A stretch of 64,000 nucleotides of DNA from Candidatus Iainarchaeum sp. (GTDB lineage Archaea > Iainarchaeota > Iainarchaeia > Iainarchaeales > VGJJ01): assembly GCA_043803765.1 (NCBI GenBank), contig JAZDJQ010000012.1, positions 96,001-160,000 on the forward strand, written 5' to 3'. Positions within the stretch are counted from its first letter, which is position 1; each line of letters opens with the position of its first letter. A program made the position numbers and the translations under genes. The notes beneath the pieces were generated by a model. That model did not search any database, was not told where the DNA came from, and saw nothing but the letters and a program-made list of their open reading frames with translations. Shown here one piece after another: positions 20,014 to 30,366 of this stretch.

Positions 20014-23000
20014 TTAGAATCCAATCAATCGGAGGAAGAATTGGAATAATAGGATGAGTGGATTCAGTGCCGCAATGAAAAAAAGTGAAGTCGATTCAGG
20101 AATAGGTAGGTAACATGATTGACTGCATACGCCTCCGCAATCAATTCCAAGTTCTCCCCTATCATATTGTCCATTCTCGCATGGAGACAAACTTTGAACA
20201 ATACACCCTTCGTCTATTTCCAAATCGCAGTCATCATCTATTCCATTGCATAACTCAATAGATGGAACGCACGATAGAGAAGGATTGTCTCCACCCCCTC
20301 CGCTGTTGCCGCTTCCACTATCTCCATCTCCGCCACCGTTTCCGCCATCTCCTTCTCCTGAATCAGAGTAATCGAAATCATCCTCATCGTCATCATCCTC
20401 ATTTCCGCTATCGGGTGAAGTGACTTCGAAATTCAATAAAACGAAGTTGTCGGTGATGTCGGTTTCGACTATGTTTGAATTTCCACCAGAAAAATCATAG
20501 ATAATGGGGAAAAGAGACCCGATAAAGCGGTAGGTTCCCTTGCTTAGATTGAGTGCAGTCGGTTCTACCGTGATGGCGAGTGATGTGGTTCCTTCTGGAA
20601 TGTCTATTCCCTTTTCCACGGAGGTAACGGGAAGCAATGGTTGTGGATAAATGGAATTGTAGTTGTATGTCCGGGCGTTAAAGAAACTTCCAAGAACGAA
20701 CGGGTCGGGAGACAAGTAGAAAACTTCTGCCATTTTCCAGAAATCATCCAGTTCCTGGCAGTGGAACGCCCGTTGAGGATCCGGATGGTCGATTCGGCAG
20801 AATACCCCAAATATCATACTGCGTGAGTGCGTGTACCCTTCTCCTGCACTGTGTAGTTTTTGGATAATAAGTTGGAGAGTGGCTTTTTGTCCTAGGGATA
20901 CGCTGTCAAAGGCCGTGTTTGTTGTGAGGCTTCCTACATTAGGTTCTATGTTCGTGGATCCTCCTATAGTGATGCTGGCAACATTGGAATAGGGGGATAA
21001 TCCAATGACGGATCGGGCGGCGATGCGGTAATAATAGGTTCCTTGTTGCACCGTGCCATCTGCATACGTAATCGTTCCGGGTGGCAACCCGTTTTTGATA
21101 ATGCTCCAATTGAAGTTGTCCGTGCTCCGCTCTACAATGTATTCGATTTCATCATCCGCATTGTCATTCCAAATTAGTGTCACGATTCCTCCTTGGATGG
21201 TAGCAGTCAAATTGGATGGGGCATTAGGTAAGGGGTCGTTTATCTGCAAAAACAATGATCCTGATTTCATTCCATTGGGGTGAATCACATACACTTCATG
21301 CTGTCCGTTTCCTAGGGAATTTATTTGATTTAGGGAAAGAGTATACGTGAGTTGTCCGGATGTAACCCATAATGGAGTAATATCTCCCAGACTTCCTATG
21401 TGAACTTTGGCGCTCATCTTGAAATTGGTTCCAGTAAATGCGAGCAAGGAAGCAGTGTCGGATTCGATATTGTTGGGGGTTATCGCATTCAATGTGGGGG
21501 AAATATCTGCAAATAATACTGGAAGGGAATTGCTGTATTCTGTTCCTTGTTTTATTCTCACGTTGTGCGTTCCGAGTCCCAGTTGTTGCTGGAACGATGC
21601 GGATAATCCTGCCTTGACTTGGGTGGAGTTGACAAAGGAGCTGAGCGCGAGAACTTTTCCATCGATATCCACTTGATCGGTTGCCGTAAAATTGGACCCA
21701 TTCAACGTGAGCGTGGTGCCAATCTCATAGGCAATCGTTGTAGGAGAAAGGGAAGTGAGTGCTAATGTTTGGTCGACTCCCTGCACTGGAACAGCGTTTG
21801 AATTCTGTCCACTTTGCGTAACCTGAACAAAGTGGGTTCCTATTCCAAGCGAGTTGGTTTGGGAAATTGATAGGTTTACCGTGAGAGTAGTTGAATCCAC
21901 AAAAACGGGAGTCAGAGTCAAACTTCCAATTTTTACTGTAGCACTGGGTGTGAATCCTACTCCTTTGAGAGTAAGAGAAGCTGTTTTTCCTACTCCAAAT
22001 TCAGATGGAATGACTTGTCCAAGATAAAAAGTAGCGCTTGAGGAATATTGGCATCCTTGATAGAAGCTAGTGAAAGCAGGAACACACGTGTAAGGGGGAA
22101 TAGGATTGATAGCGGTTCCATAGGATTGTAATGGAACCACATCGCATGTTTCCCCTGAGTCCAAAACGGAATTTCCGCAATAGGGTTTTCCCGAACAGGA
22201 AGCGGAATCAATCACCCAAGAAGATGTAGCCCAGTGATAAGTACCGCATCCGATATCTTGGCAATCGGTTAAGAGATTGCAATTGTCATCCGTTCCATTA
22301 TTGCATGACTCTGCCACGTTGGGATTGATGTTGGGATTCCCATCATGGCAATCCCCTGCACAAGTAGTAACGCCATCTCCATCTGCATCCGTACAGGATG
22401 GAGTATAATTGGTTGAAAAATAACCATTAAGAAAACCCTGATTGGCGGCATTGGGAACCCCCATGAAATAAGTGATTCCGCACACTTCATCATCATTCAG
22501 CGATTGGATTTGAATTCCTTTTTCGCTCGTCCGGGTGCGTTGATTGTGAATAGCTTGAAAGCTTTCGGCAAAATCTTGGAAATATTGGTCATACTCTGGA
22601 ATGAAAGACGGGTCTGTTTTGCGGATGGATTCCGCTAACGCCAATGTGGGGCATAGCCCTATTTGCTCCTGCGAGTCGGAGCCTTTCTCTCCATCAAAAA
22701 GGGTGTATTTTTCTCCTTGCGTGGAAGTAGCCGCCTTGTAAACGAACATGTAATAATCGGAGTCGAATCCCTTCCCTTCATTCAACGGATAATCATTGTA
22801 GAGAATTCCATTCCGCACAGCAGTAGGATTCTTGTAGAGATAATGATACACAAAATAGAGTCCATCCTGCACATACTGCCGAATAGTGGCATATTGGGCA
22901 TCCGTAGTACGGAACACGTCTTCCCCTGCCGCGGCAATACCCATCATGACAAGATAGTGATGAAACGGGTGAAGGGTGTTATACTCATATGTTCCAACTA

Positions 23001-24975
23001 GGGATGGAAAGTATTTCACAGGAAAGTTTTCTCCCGTGTACGGATTCACTCCTTGGGATCCTTCTTCTCCTTTGTTCCGGGCTAAATCAATCCAATCGAG
23101 TACTGCACTTGCAATCTGCTTGTATTCCGGATTCAGTGTAAGGGAATACGCCATGCTTGCCTGCTTGAGTGAACGGCCATCACTTCTTCCTTGGGAAGAC
23201 CCTCCAGTAACCCCTCCTCCATTTTTCCAAAACCAGTAAAAGGAAAGAGAGCCCGTCTGGGCTTTGGCATCCCCTATGTACCACGCCATTTGGTCATCGG
23301 TTAGCATGTACCGATACCATAATACCCCATTAGAAAAGTGGGCAGTCTCCCATGCGTTCCAACCATGATGATACGGATTCTGACCGCTGGCCTGAGCATA
23401 ATCCCAAATGTTTTGTCCATAAGCATCAATGCGATGCGAAAGAGGAGTTCCCTTCGTTGGATGACAAAAACCAAGAATATCAGGAGCATTATAGGTTTGG
23501 CCGCACTTCGTTGGACTGGTGGGACCTGTTCCTACTCCTTCGATAAGGGGAGCGGCATACGCATTGGGAAGAGCTTTAGGATTCTTGATCGTGGAATACC
23601 CTACTACGTAATTGGAACCATATGTTTCACTATACATTTGGAACCGCATGGCATCCACTGCTCTTTTTTGGCAATGGTCCTGGCAACTGTAAAGGTAAGC
23701 CACCAATTGGGGTGGTTCAGCTTGGTAGTAGTCATAGTATCCTCCCGAGCGGAGGTCCTTATTCAATAAATTGGGGGAAAAACGATAACCTTTGTTCCCG
23801 TTGATCGTGTCCGTGTAGATAGTAGTATATTGTGATGTAGCCAGTCCTTTCACATCAAGGGATGGATTCACTTTCAAAGGGTTGGGGACTTCCGAAAAGA
23901 AATAACCGCTTATTTTGTTCCAGCGGGAAAGAGTTTGACCCGAATTAATCACATATTCTTCTATTGGATGCTGGACGAATGGCACGCCAAACGTTATCAC
24001 AAATCGGGTTAGGAAACCCTGTCCGGATCCAATGAAGTTGCTTTGCTGGGCTAGACTCGGCCCCTCATTATGAGTGTCTTTCAATAATTGTTGTCCATTT
24101 GCAGGCATGATTACTAATTCGGTGTGCGTAGAAGTGGTCTCCACCTCATTGATGGCCGTAGGAAAAATGAATGATTCATCCATCAAATAGGTAGTGTGCG
24201 CGTCGCCAGGAGTATCCACTACTATTTTTGCATCCGTGTAAAAAATAGCCCCATAATTTGGATTCTCATACAAGTAGCCATTATTGAATCCTCCTGTTGG
24301 CTGCGGCTCGGGGTCTTCATCCAAGTTATTTGAATTGACTAGGAAATGGTCCACCGTAACATAGGGTTTTCCCGAGTAGGCGGTGATGAGGAAAACGGAA
24401 GAAAAAAGATGAGTCAACTCTTCGCTACCAGTTGCCGGGTCATGCCGTTTAACGATACGCCATGTTTTTTCCACGGGACCATTACGCACCAGCGTAACAT
24501 TCCCAGAATAGGATGGACTGTCCACATCCACAAAAGTAGTATATAACCCTCCTTTGATATCATGCACTTCTACTTTCATTTTGCCATTTGTAAGAAAGGA
24601 ATTAACCCTCGAATCCATCACAAAAGAAGGAGGGCTTCCTGAGTAAGTACCAATAGTGAAAATCTTTTCTTGATTTGGATTTAGTGTGACTAAAACTTTG
24701 GCAACGGCCGTTTTGACATAGCCGCTCTTATAGAAACTCGTGGCATCTGCTTGCGTGATAAGATTCCCCGTTCCGCTCTGCAATTGGATTCCTGAAATTT
24801 GATCGGGTGTTTTTTCCCCATCCGAAAAGGATAGAGGAACGTGCACGGGATGATCGGTTACTAATCCCCCGGCGTTTTGAATAAACACCTCGGAGTCGGT
24901 TAAGGCCGAAACAGAAATGCTCCAACAGAACCAAAAAAATAAGACGATCCAAAAAAAATGGGGAAACGTTTTCAT
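20014..24975 (-). CDS. Giant secreted multidomain surface protein (putative polysaccharide lyase-like N-part, MopE-type Cys/Asp motifs, IPT/TIG repeats, Fn3, C-terminal anchor)
   Basis: Signal peptide; CTDADGDG..DCHDGNPNINP..ESCNNGTDDNCN; three LTLxGxxF IPT-like repeats; PNAPSNLTA..W.DNA..YYYRIAA Fn3; acidic/Gly linker; hydrophobic C-terminus. Confidence 0.85.
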   Translation of the reverse strand: MKTFPHFFWIVLFFWFCWSISVSALTDSEVFIQNAGGLVTDHPVHVPLSFSDGEKTPDQISGIQLQSGTGNLITQADATSFYKSGYVKTAVAKVLVTLNPNQEKIFTIGTYSGSPPSFVMDSRVNSFLTNGKMKVEVHDIKGGLYTTFVDVDSPSYSGNVTLVRNGPVEKTWRIVKRHDPATGSEELTHLFSSVFLITAYSGKPYVTVDHFLVNSNNLDEDPEPQPTGGFNNGYLYENPNYGAIFYTDAKIVVDTPGDAHTTYLMDESFIFPTAINEVETTSTHTELVIMPANGQQLLKDTHNEGPSLAQQSNFIGSGQGFLTRFVITFGVPFVQHPIEEYVINSGQTLSRWNKISGYFFSEVPNPLKVNPSLDVKGLATSQYTTIYTDTINGNKGYRFSPNLLNKDLRSGGYYDYYQAEPPQLVAYLYSCQDHCQKRAVDAMRFQMYSETYGSNYVVGYSTIKNPKALPNAYAAPLIEGVGTGPTSPTKCGQTYNAPDILGFCHPTKGTPLSHRIDAYGQNIWDYAQASGQNPYHHGWNAWETAHFSNGVLWYRYMLTDDQMAWYIGDAKAQTGSLSFYWFWKNGGGVTGGSSQGRSDGRSLKQASMAYSLTLNPEYKQIASAVLDWIDLARNKGEEGSQGVNPYTGENFPVKYFPSLVGTYEYNTLHPFHHYLVMMGIAAAGEDVFRTTDAQYATIRQYVQDGLYFVYHYLYKNPTAVRNGILYNDYPLNEGKGFDSDYYMFVYKAATSTQGEKYTLFDGEKGSDSQEQIGLCPTLALAESIRKTDPSFIPEYDQYFQDFAESFQAIHNQRTRTSEKGIQIQSLNDDEVCGITYFMGVPNAANQGFLNGYFSTNYTPSCTDADGDGVTTCAGDCHDGNPNINPNVAESCNNGTDDNCNLLTDCQDIGCGTYHWATSSWVIDSASCSGKPYCGNSVLDSGETCDVVPLQSYGTAINPIPPYTCVPAFTSFYQGCQYSSSATFYLGQVIPSEFGVGKTASLTLKGVGFTPSATVKIGSLTLTPVFVDSTTLTVNLSISQTNSLGIGTHFVQVTQSGQNSNAVPVQGVDQTLALTSLSPTTIAYEIGTTLTLNGSNFTATDQVDIDGKVLALSSFVNSTQVKAGLSASFQQQLGLGTHNVRIKQGTEYSNSLPVLFADISPTLNAITPNNIESDTASLLAFTGTNFKMSAKVHIGSLGDITPLWVTSGQLTYTLSLNQINSLGNGQHEVYVIHPNGMKSGSLFLQINDPLPNAPSNLTATIQGGIVTLIWNDNADDEIEYIVERSTDNFNWSIIKNGLPPGTITYADGTVQQGTYYYRIAARSVIGLSPYSNVASITIGGSTNIEPNVGSLTTNTAFDSVSLGQKATLQLIIQKLHSAGEGYTHSRSMIFGVFCRIDHPDPQRAFHCQELDDFWKMAEVFYLSPDPFVLGSFFNARTYNYNSIYPQPLLPVTSVEKGIDIPEGTTSLAITVEPTALNLSKGTYRFIGSLFPIIYDFSGGNSNIVETDITDNFVLLNFEVTSPDSGNEDDDDEDDFDYSDSGEGDGGNGGGDGDSGSGNSGGGGDNPSLSCVPSIELCNGIDDDCDLEIDEGCIVQSLSPCENGQYDRGELGIDCGGVCSQSCYLPIPESTSLFFIAALNPLILLFQFFLRLIGF

Positions 24976-25021
24976 GGGCAGGAAAACGATCTTCTTTTAG
25001 AATATAAACAAATGCAGTATT

Positions 25022-25124
25022 CCGGCTTTCCCCGCAACATATTAAAAAAAAGAACTTAAAAAAAAGGCATTAGCCCAATACTGCATTTAATTTTTTTTAA
25101 TTCACTTTTATGGACAAATCGCGG
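25022..25124 (-). repeat. ~100 bp dispersed intergenic repeat, copy 4 (inverted)
   Basis: Reverse complement gatttgtccataaaagtgaattaaaaaaaattaaatgcagtattgggctaatgccttttttttaagttcttttttttaatatgttgcggggaaagccgg. Confidence 0.72.
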
Positions 25125-25225
25125 TATTCCAGAGGCTTCCAATACCCAGTATAATCCAACGATACGTTAAGAATTAACACATGAAAAACACCCCTTCTTA
25201 AAAAGAAAGAAAATTCCCCTTGCCT

Positions 25226-25741
25226 ATGCAGAAAAAAAATGGGCAGGGAAGTATCGAATACTTACTCTTGATTGGAGGCGTAATATTAGTAGGAGTCATT
25301 ATCCTCGTGATGGTGTTCGACGTTGCAGGGAAGGGAAAAGACATTTTACAATACAACTTGTACGCCAGCACTAAAATCACCGACACAACATTTGATAATA
25401 CTTTTATTCCTCTCACGGATTTGTTTTTTGACGCGATGGGTGCCCCGGCATCCGTGATTTTCACATATTCCGCTCCGGGGGCGAATGAGTTTTTACTTGT
25501 AGTGGAAAAAGGAGAACATGGAAAAATTGATGTATATGATACTTCCATCGCGTTCACAGAAAATGCAGATGAACTCATCATGTATTCGCTCCCATTTTTT
25601 GAAACAAGCGCCACGTTGGGAGGATTAGAAGACTGCACTCAATATTATTTCCGTCTACGCGCTTGCAGCAGCAGTGGCATTTGCAAAGTATCCGAAGTGG
25701 TATCGGCGACCCCTGCGTCAATAGGATATCCCTGCTCATGA
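25226..25741 (+). CDS. Class III signal peptide pilin-like protein with Fn3-like C-terminus
   Basis: KKNG|QGSIEYLLLIGGVILVG; LEDCTQYYFRLRAC. Confidence 0.78.
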   Translation: MQKKNGQGSIEYLLLIGGVILVGVIILVMVFDVAGKGKDILQYNLYASTKITDTTFDNTFIPLTDLFFDAMGAPASVIFTYSAPGANEFLLVVEKGEHGKIDVYDTSIAFTENADELIMYSLPFFETSATLGGLEDCTQYYFRLRACSSSGICKVSEVVSATPASIGYPCS

Positions 25742-25744
25742 TAA

Positions 25745-26476
25745 TCAATCAATCATGCGAAAAAATAATACGAATCCTACTAAAATGGGTTGGTGAATGA
25801 GATAGATGAGAAGTGATTTTCTTCCCAACCATGCAATAATGGAAGCGCTCTGTCGAGTAAGAAAAAAACATTCTCCCACCCTACCATATCGTTTATACCA
25901 ATAATGACCAAACCCCATTCCAAGCAACATCAATCCAAACCATGGCAGTAAGGGAAAATAATCAAACGTGGTAAAAATGAAAGGAAAAATTCCAATCCAG
26001 TGGGGAAAAGAAAAAAGAGAAGGAGTAAGTGATAATCCTATTCCAATAAGTAAGACTATTGTTCCTATTCCTATTGCAACGCGAGGATGTTGCGCAAAAG
26101 GAATGGATAATATCATTCCTGCTCCTAAAAAGTGAAGAATGCCAAACCAGATAGTATACGCAGGGAATAGAAAGTATGTTACAAGGGTGATAATTCCTCC
26201 TAATCCAATCAAAAATAGTCCTCTTCTCAAAAGATAGGTTGTTACATTTTTTCCTTTTCGATTAAAAGCAAGCGGAATCGTTATTCCTGCAAGAAAAACA
26301 AACATTCCTGCAATGATGCGTGCAAACCAAAACCATGCACCCGTATGGATGCTTATTTCCAACACGTTAAAATAATTCAAATCAAAAAAAAAATGAAATA
26401 GTATCATCCCTAGCACCGCAAGACCGCGAAGAAAATCAAAAAAAACGATTCGTCCCAGAAAAATACCTACCGGCAT
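25745..26476 (-). CDS. DUF1624 / heparan-alpha-glucosaminide N-acetyltransferase-like membrane protein
   Basis: DFLRGLAVLGMILFH, FGILHFLG, DYFPLLPWFG, LGRKSLLIYLIHQP. Confidence 0.88.
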   Translation of the reverse strand: MPVGIFLGRIVFFDFLRGLAVLGMILFHFFFDLNYFNVLEISIHTGAWFWFARIIAGMFVFLAGITIPLAFNRKGKNVTTYLLRRGLFLIGLGGIITLVTYFLFPAYTIWFGILHFLGAGMILSIPFAQHPRVAIGIGTIVLLIGIGLSLTPSLFSFPHWIGIFPFIFTTFDYFPLLPWFGLMLLGMGFGHYWYKRYGRVGECFFLTRQSASIIAWLGRKSLLIYLIHQPILVGFVLFFRMID

Positions 26477-26483
26477 AACTTTC

Positions 26484-26786
26484 TCACACAACACCCATGA
26501 ATATCCACACAAACCGTTGTCGTGCTACTTTATACACGCGCTTCTCCTCATCTGTGAGAGAATACACAACTTTTTTTCCCTCTTTTTCCTCGTGAATAAG
26601 ACCTATTTCTTTGAGTGACTTTAATGCAGGGTAAATGGTTCCCGGGCTGGGTCGTTCTCCTTTTCTTTTTTCCAGTTCAATGGCAATTTCCTGTCCGTGC
26701 ATCGACTTTTTAGAAAGGAGAAAAAGAATAAGGAAAGAGAGCAATCCCCGCATGTCGCAGCAAGTCTTTTCTTTTGTTTTCACCAT
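26484..26786 (-). CDS. PadR family transcriptional regulator
   Basis: MHGQEI..PSPGTIYPALKSL..KVVYSLT. Confidence 0.88.
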   Translation of the reverse strand: MVKTKEKTCCDMRGLLSFLILFLLSKKSMHGQEIAIELEKRKGERPSPGTIYPALKSLKEIGLIHEEKEGKKVVYSLTDEEKRVYKVARQRFVWIFMGVV

Positions 26787-26847
26787 GCTGTCTATCGGGC
26801 ACCCGACTTATATAAAGGGGATTGTTGCAAACAATCAGTTGCTCAGA

Positions 26848-28002
26848 CTAATTTATTTTCTTCCCATTTTCATAAACAGTCATTTTGCGTTTGCGTAATT
26901 CTTTGAAAAAGTACACTGGAGGAACCACTGCTTCTGGAGCAAAACTTCCTCTTTCAGAAATTACTTTTTCCTTTATCATTTGAGCGATAATACTTGCTGG
27001 CATGCCCGTGTCAATGTTACACCCGGCATCCATCCAACCAGGAAGCGTATTTACAATACACTCAATCAGCAACATTTTTCGTTCGTGGTTTTTCTTTCCG
27101 TAGATACGAAGCCACAAGTTTTCCTTTTCTTTATAACCTTTTGGAAATTCAATATCTTTGAATGTTTGAGTTACAACATCGATTGGACGAACGTATTTCC
27201 CATCAACTAAAACTTTATCTTGGCGGCCTAATCCAACGTCAATTATTTTCTTGATGACGTCAAATGAATGTGGTGGAAATTCAGCAAAAAAACGGACATT
27301 TTTCAATCCCTTATGCTTAAAATAGTGATAAAACGTATACGTTTCCGGATGTCGAACATAAAAACAATACTCTTTTCCTACGAATGGTTCTTTTGTTCGT
27401 TTCAATGAATCCATTGGGCGGGATTTAACGAATTTTCCACCCTCAACATTAGTAGAGGGTTCGGTAAACTCCTCGATTATACTTTCCATCGAAAATGGAA
27501 CAACAAATTTCTTTATGTTCGAATTCCATGCAAAACCGACTTCAATCTAATAAAGTGAGTCAAATTTTTGTGCAGCATGATTGAGCATAACGTTACCGAT
27601 GCCCGGAACCGAACCGCACCCCGTAATATGGGTGAGGCCTTTACGTTTCAACGTGCCGTGAAGTGCAAATTGTTTTCGTGTCATGGGTATTTCAGAACCC
27701 AAATCAATGGAATGAATTCCTGCTTTGACGCTTGCCTTCAGGATGTTTAAATTCCAATCTCCTTCAACACAGTTTACAACCACACTCGCTCCAGATTGAC
27801 GAAATGTTTTAACCATTTTTGGAATGTTACGAGCATCAAGATACTCAAATTTTGTTTTTTTATAACGACCTAATAAATGCTTGACTCTTTCCTTATCGCG
27901 TCCGCATAATAAAACTGCACACCCATTTTCTAAAAGGTCACGTGCAACAATACGTCCTTGTATCCCGGTCGCTCCAATCACAACGAAATCAAACATTACC
28001 AC
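26848..28002 (-). pseudogene. Saccharopine/lysine dehydrogenase-like oxidoreductase interrupted by one in-frame TAG (27547-27549)
   Basis: VVIGATGIQG Rossmann fold, GCGSVPG; frame continues KFDSLY*IEVGFAWNSN..PFSMESIIEEF into the 26848..27489 ORF; HPET, TGMPASI, PEAVVP motifs. Confidence 0.8.
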
Positions 28003-28156
28003 CAGGCGATAGTTTACTAGAATATAAAAATATGTTTAGAAAATGAAGACGGATACCTATAAACGGGTTGTTGGCATACTCATCCTGCCTATTAGAATCA
28101 AAAATAATGACCGGAAAGACAAACCTTTTTACAACTGCCTATTATGGAAATACATT

Positions 28157-29050
28157 ATGCCTTTGATTGAGGGTTTCGATATTGGTGGAACTTCTATTCG
28201 TGCAGCACTTATTAGAAATGAAAAAATGATTGCAAAAAAAACCATTCCAAGCACAAAAGAGGGACATGAAAAACTTTTTTCGACCATCCAAATCCTTTCA
28301 AAGGAAATTAGAAGCAGCCTTGTTGATGAGAAAGTAGACTATACCGTGATTGGCCTTCCGGGCCCAACGCAAGATAGGGTGTTGCTTAATTCTGCAACAC
28401 TTGGAATTGCCTCTCCTGTCTCGCTCGAACCGCTCTTTCATTTTTTTCCTAATCCCCTGCGTTTTGAAAATGATATGAAACTAGCAGTAAAAGCCGAGTA
28501 TTTTCATGAACAAGGAAAGAAACAGGACTCATTTTATGTCCTAACATTTAGCACAGGGATTGGTGCTGGACTCGTATGGAATAAGAAAGTATTGGAAGGA
28601 ACCATGGGAGAATTTGGCCATATCATATTGAACACTCACACAAAGTCTCCTGCATGTTCATTAGGGCACACGGGTTGCTGGTTTGCATATTCTTCTGGGT
28701 TTGGAATCCAGAAACGTGCTGAAAAAGAAATGAATCAGTCACTTTCCACGATCGATGTTTTTTCGTTAGCCAAAGAAGGAAATGCGATCGCTTCATCAAT
28801 CATTTCAGATGCACGAAGAGCAAACGCTCAAGGGATTGGCACCATGTTGAATGTATTTGCAGTTGAACGGATAGTCGTGATGGGAAGTATTGGATTGTCC
28901 CAATTTACTGAAATTATTCCAACGGTAAAAGAAATCCAGCCCTACACGATTCACCCTATTCCCTCCATCATTCCTACGAGTCTAGGAGATGACATTGGAT
29001 TGTGGGGGGCATACTATTCGGGTGTTTCTTCTCTTTTAAAAAAAAGTTAA
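28157..29050 (+). CDS. ROK family sugar kinase
   Basis: FDIGGT, END, STGIGAG, GEFGH, CSLGHTGC, LGDDIGLWGA. Confidence 0.88.
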   Translation: MPLIEGFDIGGTSIRAALIRNEKMIAKKTIPSTKEGHEKLFSTIQILSKEIRSSLVDEKVDYTVIGLPGPTQDRVLLNSATLGIASPVSLEPLFHFFPNPLRFENDMKLAVKAEYFHEQGKKQDSFYVLTFSTGIGAGLVWNKKVLEGTMGEFGHIILNTHTKSPACSLGHTGCWFAYSSGFGIQKRAEKEMNQSLSTIDVFSLAKEGNAIASSIISDARRANAQGIGTMLNVFAVERIVVMGSIGLSQFTEIIPTVKEIQPYTIHPIPSIIPTSLGDDIGLWGAYYSGVSSLLKKS

Positions 29051-29075
29051 AGGTAATGAAAAAAGCATAGAAATG

Positions 29076-29660
29076 TTATTTTAGGCATTGAAAACGATAA
29101 TACCCATATCCTTTCATTCCTAGGTATTTTACGTTGTCAAGTTTGAACCCTGCTTTTTGAAAAATAGATTTAATGTCTTTATCAAAAAACATTCGTGGAT
29201 GCTCATCATATTGAACATTGTGAGTAGTCATAAAAAGTAATGAGAGATAGTTTCGCCAATTATTCAATAATGGAATTCCAATCACAATTACCGCACCCTT
29301 TTTACTTACACGGGTTAATTCTTTCAAAAATCCGTTTACTTGCCCCAAGTGTTCAAAAACATCAATAGCAATAATTTGCTCAAAAGAATTGTCGGGAAAA
29401 GGCCATTCATTGCGGGCATCAAAGCACACCGCTTCAATTCCTTCGGACTGAAGCAGCTTGACGGACGCACTCGAAATATCTCCACAAACTAACTTGTGTA
29501 TATGGGGTGTCTGTAATCGAGTCGTGATGCCCGAACCGATATTTAAAGTCGGAACATCGGCCAATCCGCTAAGAAATTTTTCATCGATTTTAGCTTTTCG
29601 CAACGCATGTTCCCGCTTTTCAGGACGATCAAAGTACTTCTCATAATCATAGTCCAGCAT
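29076..29660 (-). CDS. Class I SAM-dependent methyltransferase
   Basis: LNIGSG, GDIS, WPFPDNSFE, DVFEHL. Confidence 0.82.
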   Translation of the reverse strand: MLDYDYEKYFDRPEKREHALRKAKIDEKFLSGLADVPTLNIGSGITTRLQTPHIHKLVCGDISSASVKLLQSEGIEAVCFDARNEWPFPDNSFEQIIAIDVFEHLGQVNGFLKELTRVSKKGAVIVIGIPLLNNWRNYLSLLFMTTHNVQYDEHPRMFFDKDIKSIFQKAGFKLDNVKYLGMKGYGYYRFQCLK

Positions 29661-29762
29661 ACTCTACGTAGACGCACTATCTTTTTTACACTATCGATAA
29701 CCCCAAAAAAATCGAATAACGATCGTATTCTCTAGCGATTCCCATGCAATAGAAAAATAAGG

Positions 29763-29783
29763 AGTCCCGCCTCCGGGACTTCA
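29763..29783 (-). repeat. tRNA-Tyr 3'-end fragment A (att-like site)
   Basis: agtcccgcctccgggacttca vs tRNA agtcccgcctcccggacttgca. Confidence 0.75.
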
Positions 29784-29803
29784 TCTCTAAAAATACTCAT
29801 TTT

Positions 29804-29962
29804 TCAAAATAAGGCATACACAAATGAGGAAACAGCTGCTGATTGTCCAATAAAAATAAGCAGTGCCACCAGCATAAGCAATACCACAATAGGCACTAAC
29901 CACCATACTTTTCGCTTCCACAAAAACTGAAGTAGCCCATTTAAAACAGTTAGTCTGCCCAT
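29804..29962 (-). CDS. DUF5989 family small membrane protein
   Basis: FLWKRKVWWLVPIV...FVYALF signature. Confidence 0.8.
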   Translation of the reverse strand: MGRLTVLNGLLQFLWKRKVWWLVPIVVLLMLVALLIFIGQSAAVSSFVYALF

Positions 29963-29974
29963 AATGAAGATAGT

Positions 29975-30358
29975 ATGTCCTCCCATTTTAAAAATCTAGG
30001 GATTTTGCTTGGATTTCTCCCCATTGGGATAATCATTTATGGATTTGTTTTTTCTTCCCCCTCTTTGGTTTTGCCATTCCTTTTGAGTGCCGTGGCAGTA
30101 AATATCCTGCTATTAGTTATTGCGCCGCGAATTTGGAAAAATCCTGCTTTATCCAAAATTAAAATGGGTGCGATGAGTGTTTTTAGTCTATTGAATAACA
30201 TTATTGTTTCAGCGGTACTAGCAGTGGCATACGTTTTCAGCGTAGGCATCGTTTTTATTTTCTCCCGCATTATCGGAAAAAAATTCATGAATCTTTATCC
30301 AAAAAAAACGAGCTGGGTGAAAATTGAAAAAGCAAAAGAAGACTATTTGGAGATGTAG
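29975..30358 (+). CDS. SxtJ-like membrane protein
   Basis: TM protein next to DUF5989 and a carbamoyltransferase; C-terminus RIIGKK..SW. Confidence 0.6.
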   Translation: MSSHFKNLGILLGFLPIGIIIYGFVFSSPSLVLPFLLSAVAVNILLLVIAPRIWKNPALSKIKMGAMSVFSLLNNIIVSAVLAVAYVFSVGIVFIFSRIIGKKFMNLYPKKTSWVKIEKAKEDYLEM

Positions 30359-30366
30359 GTGGCGCA

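Noticed and set aside
26848-28002. Genome-wide TAG reassignment
   Set aside because: Many conserved genes end properly at TAG; only one interrupted gene was seen.
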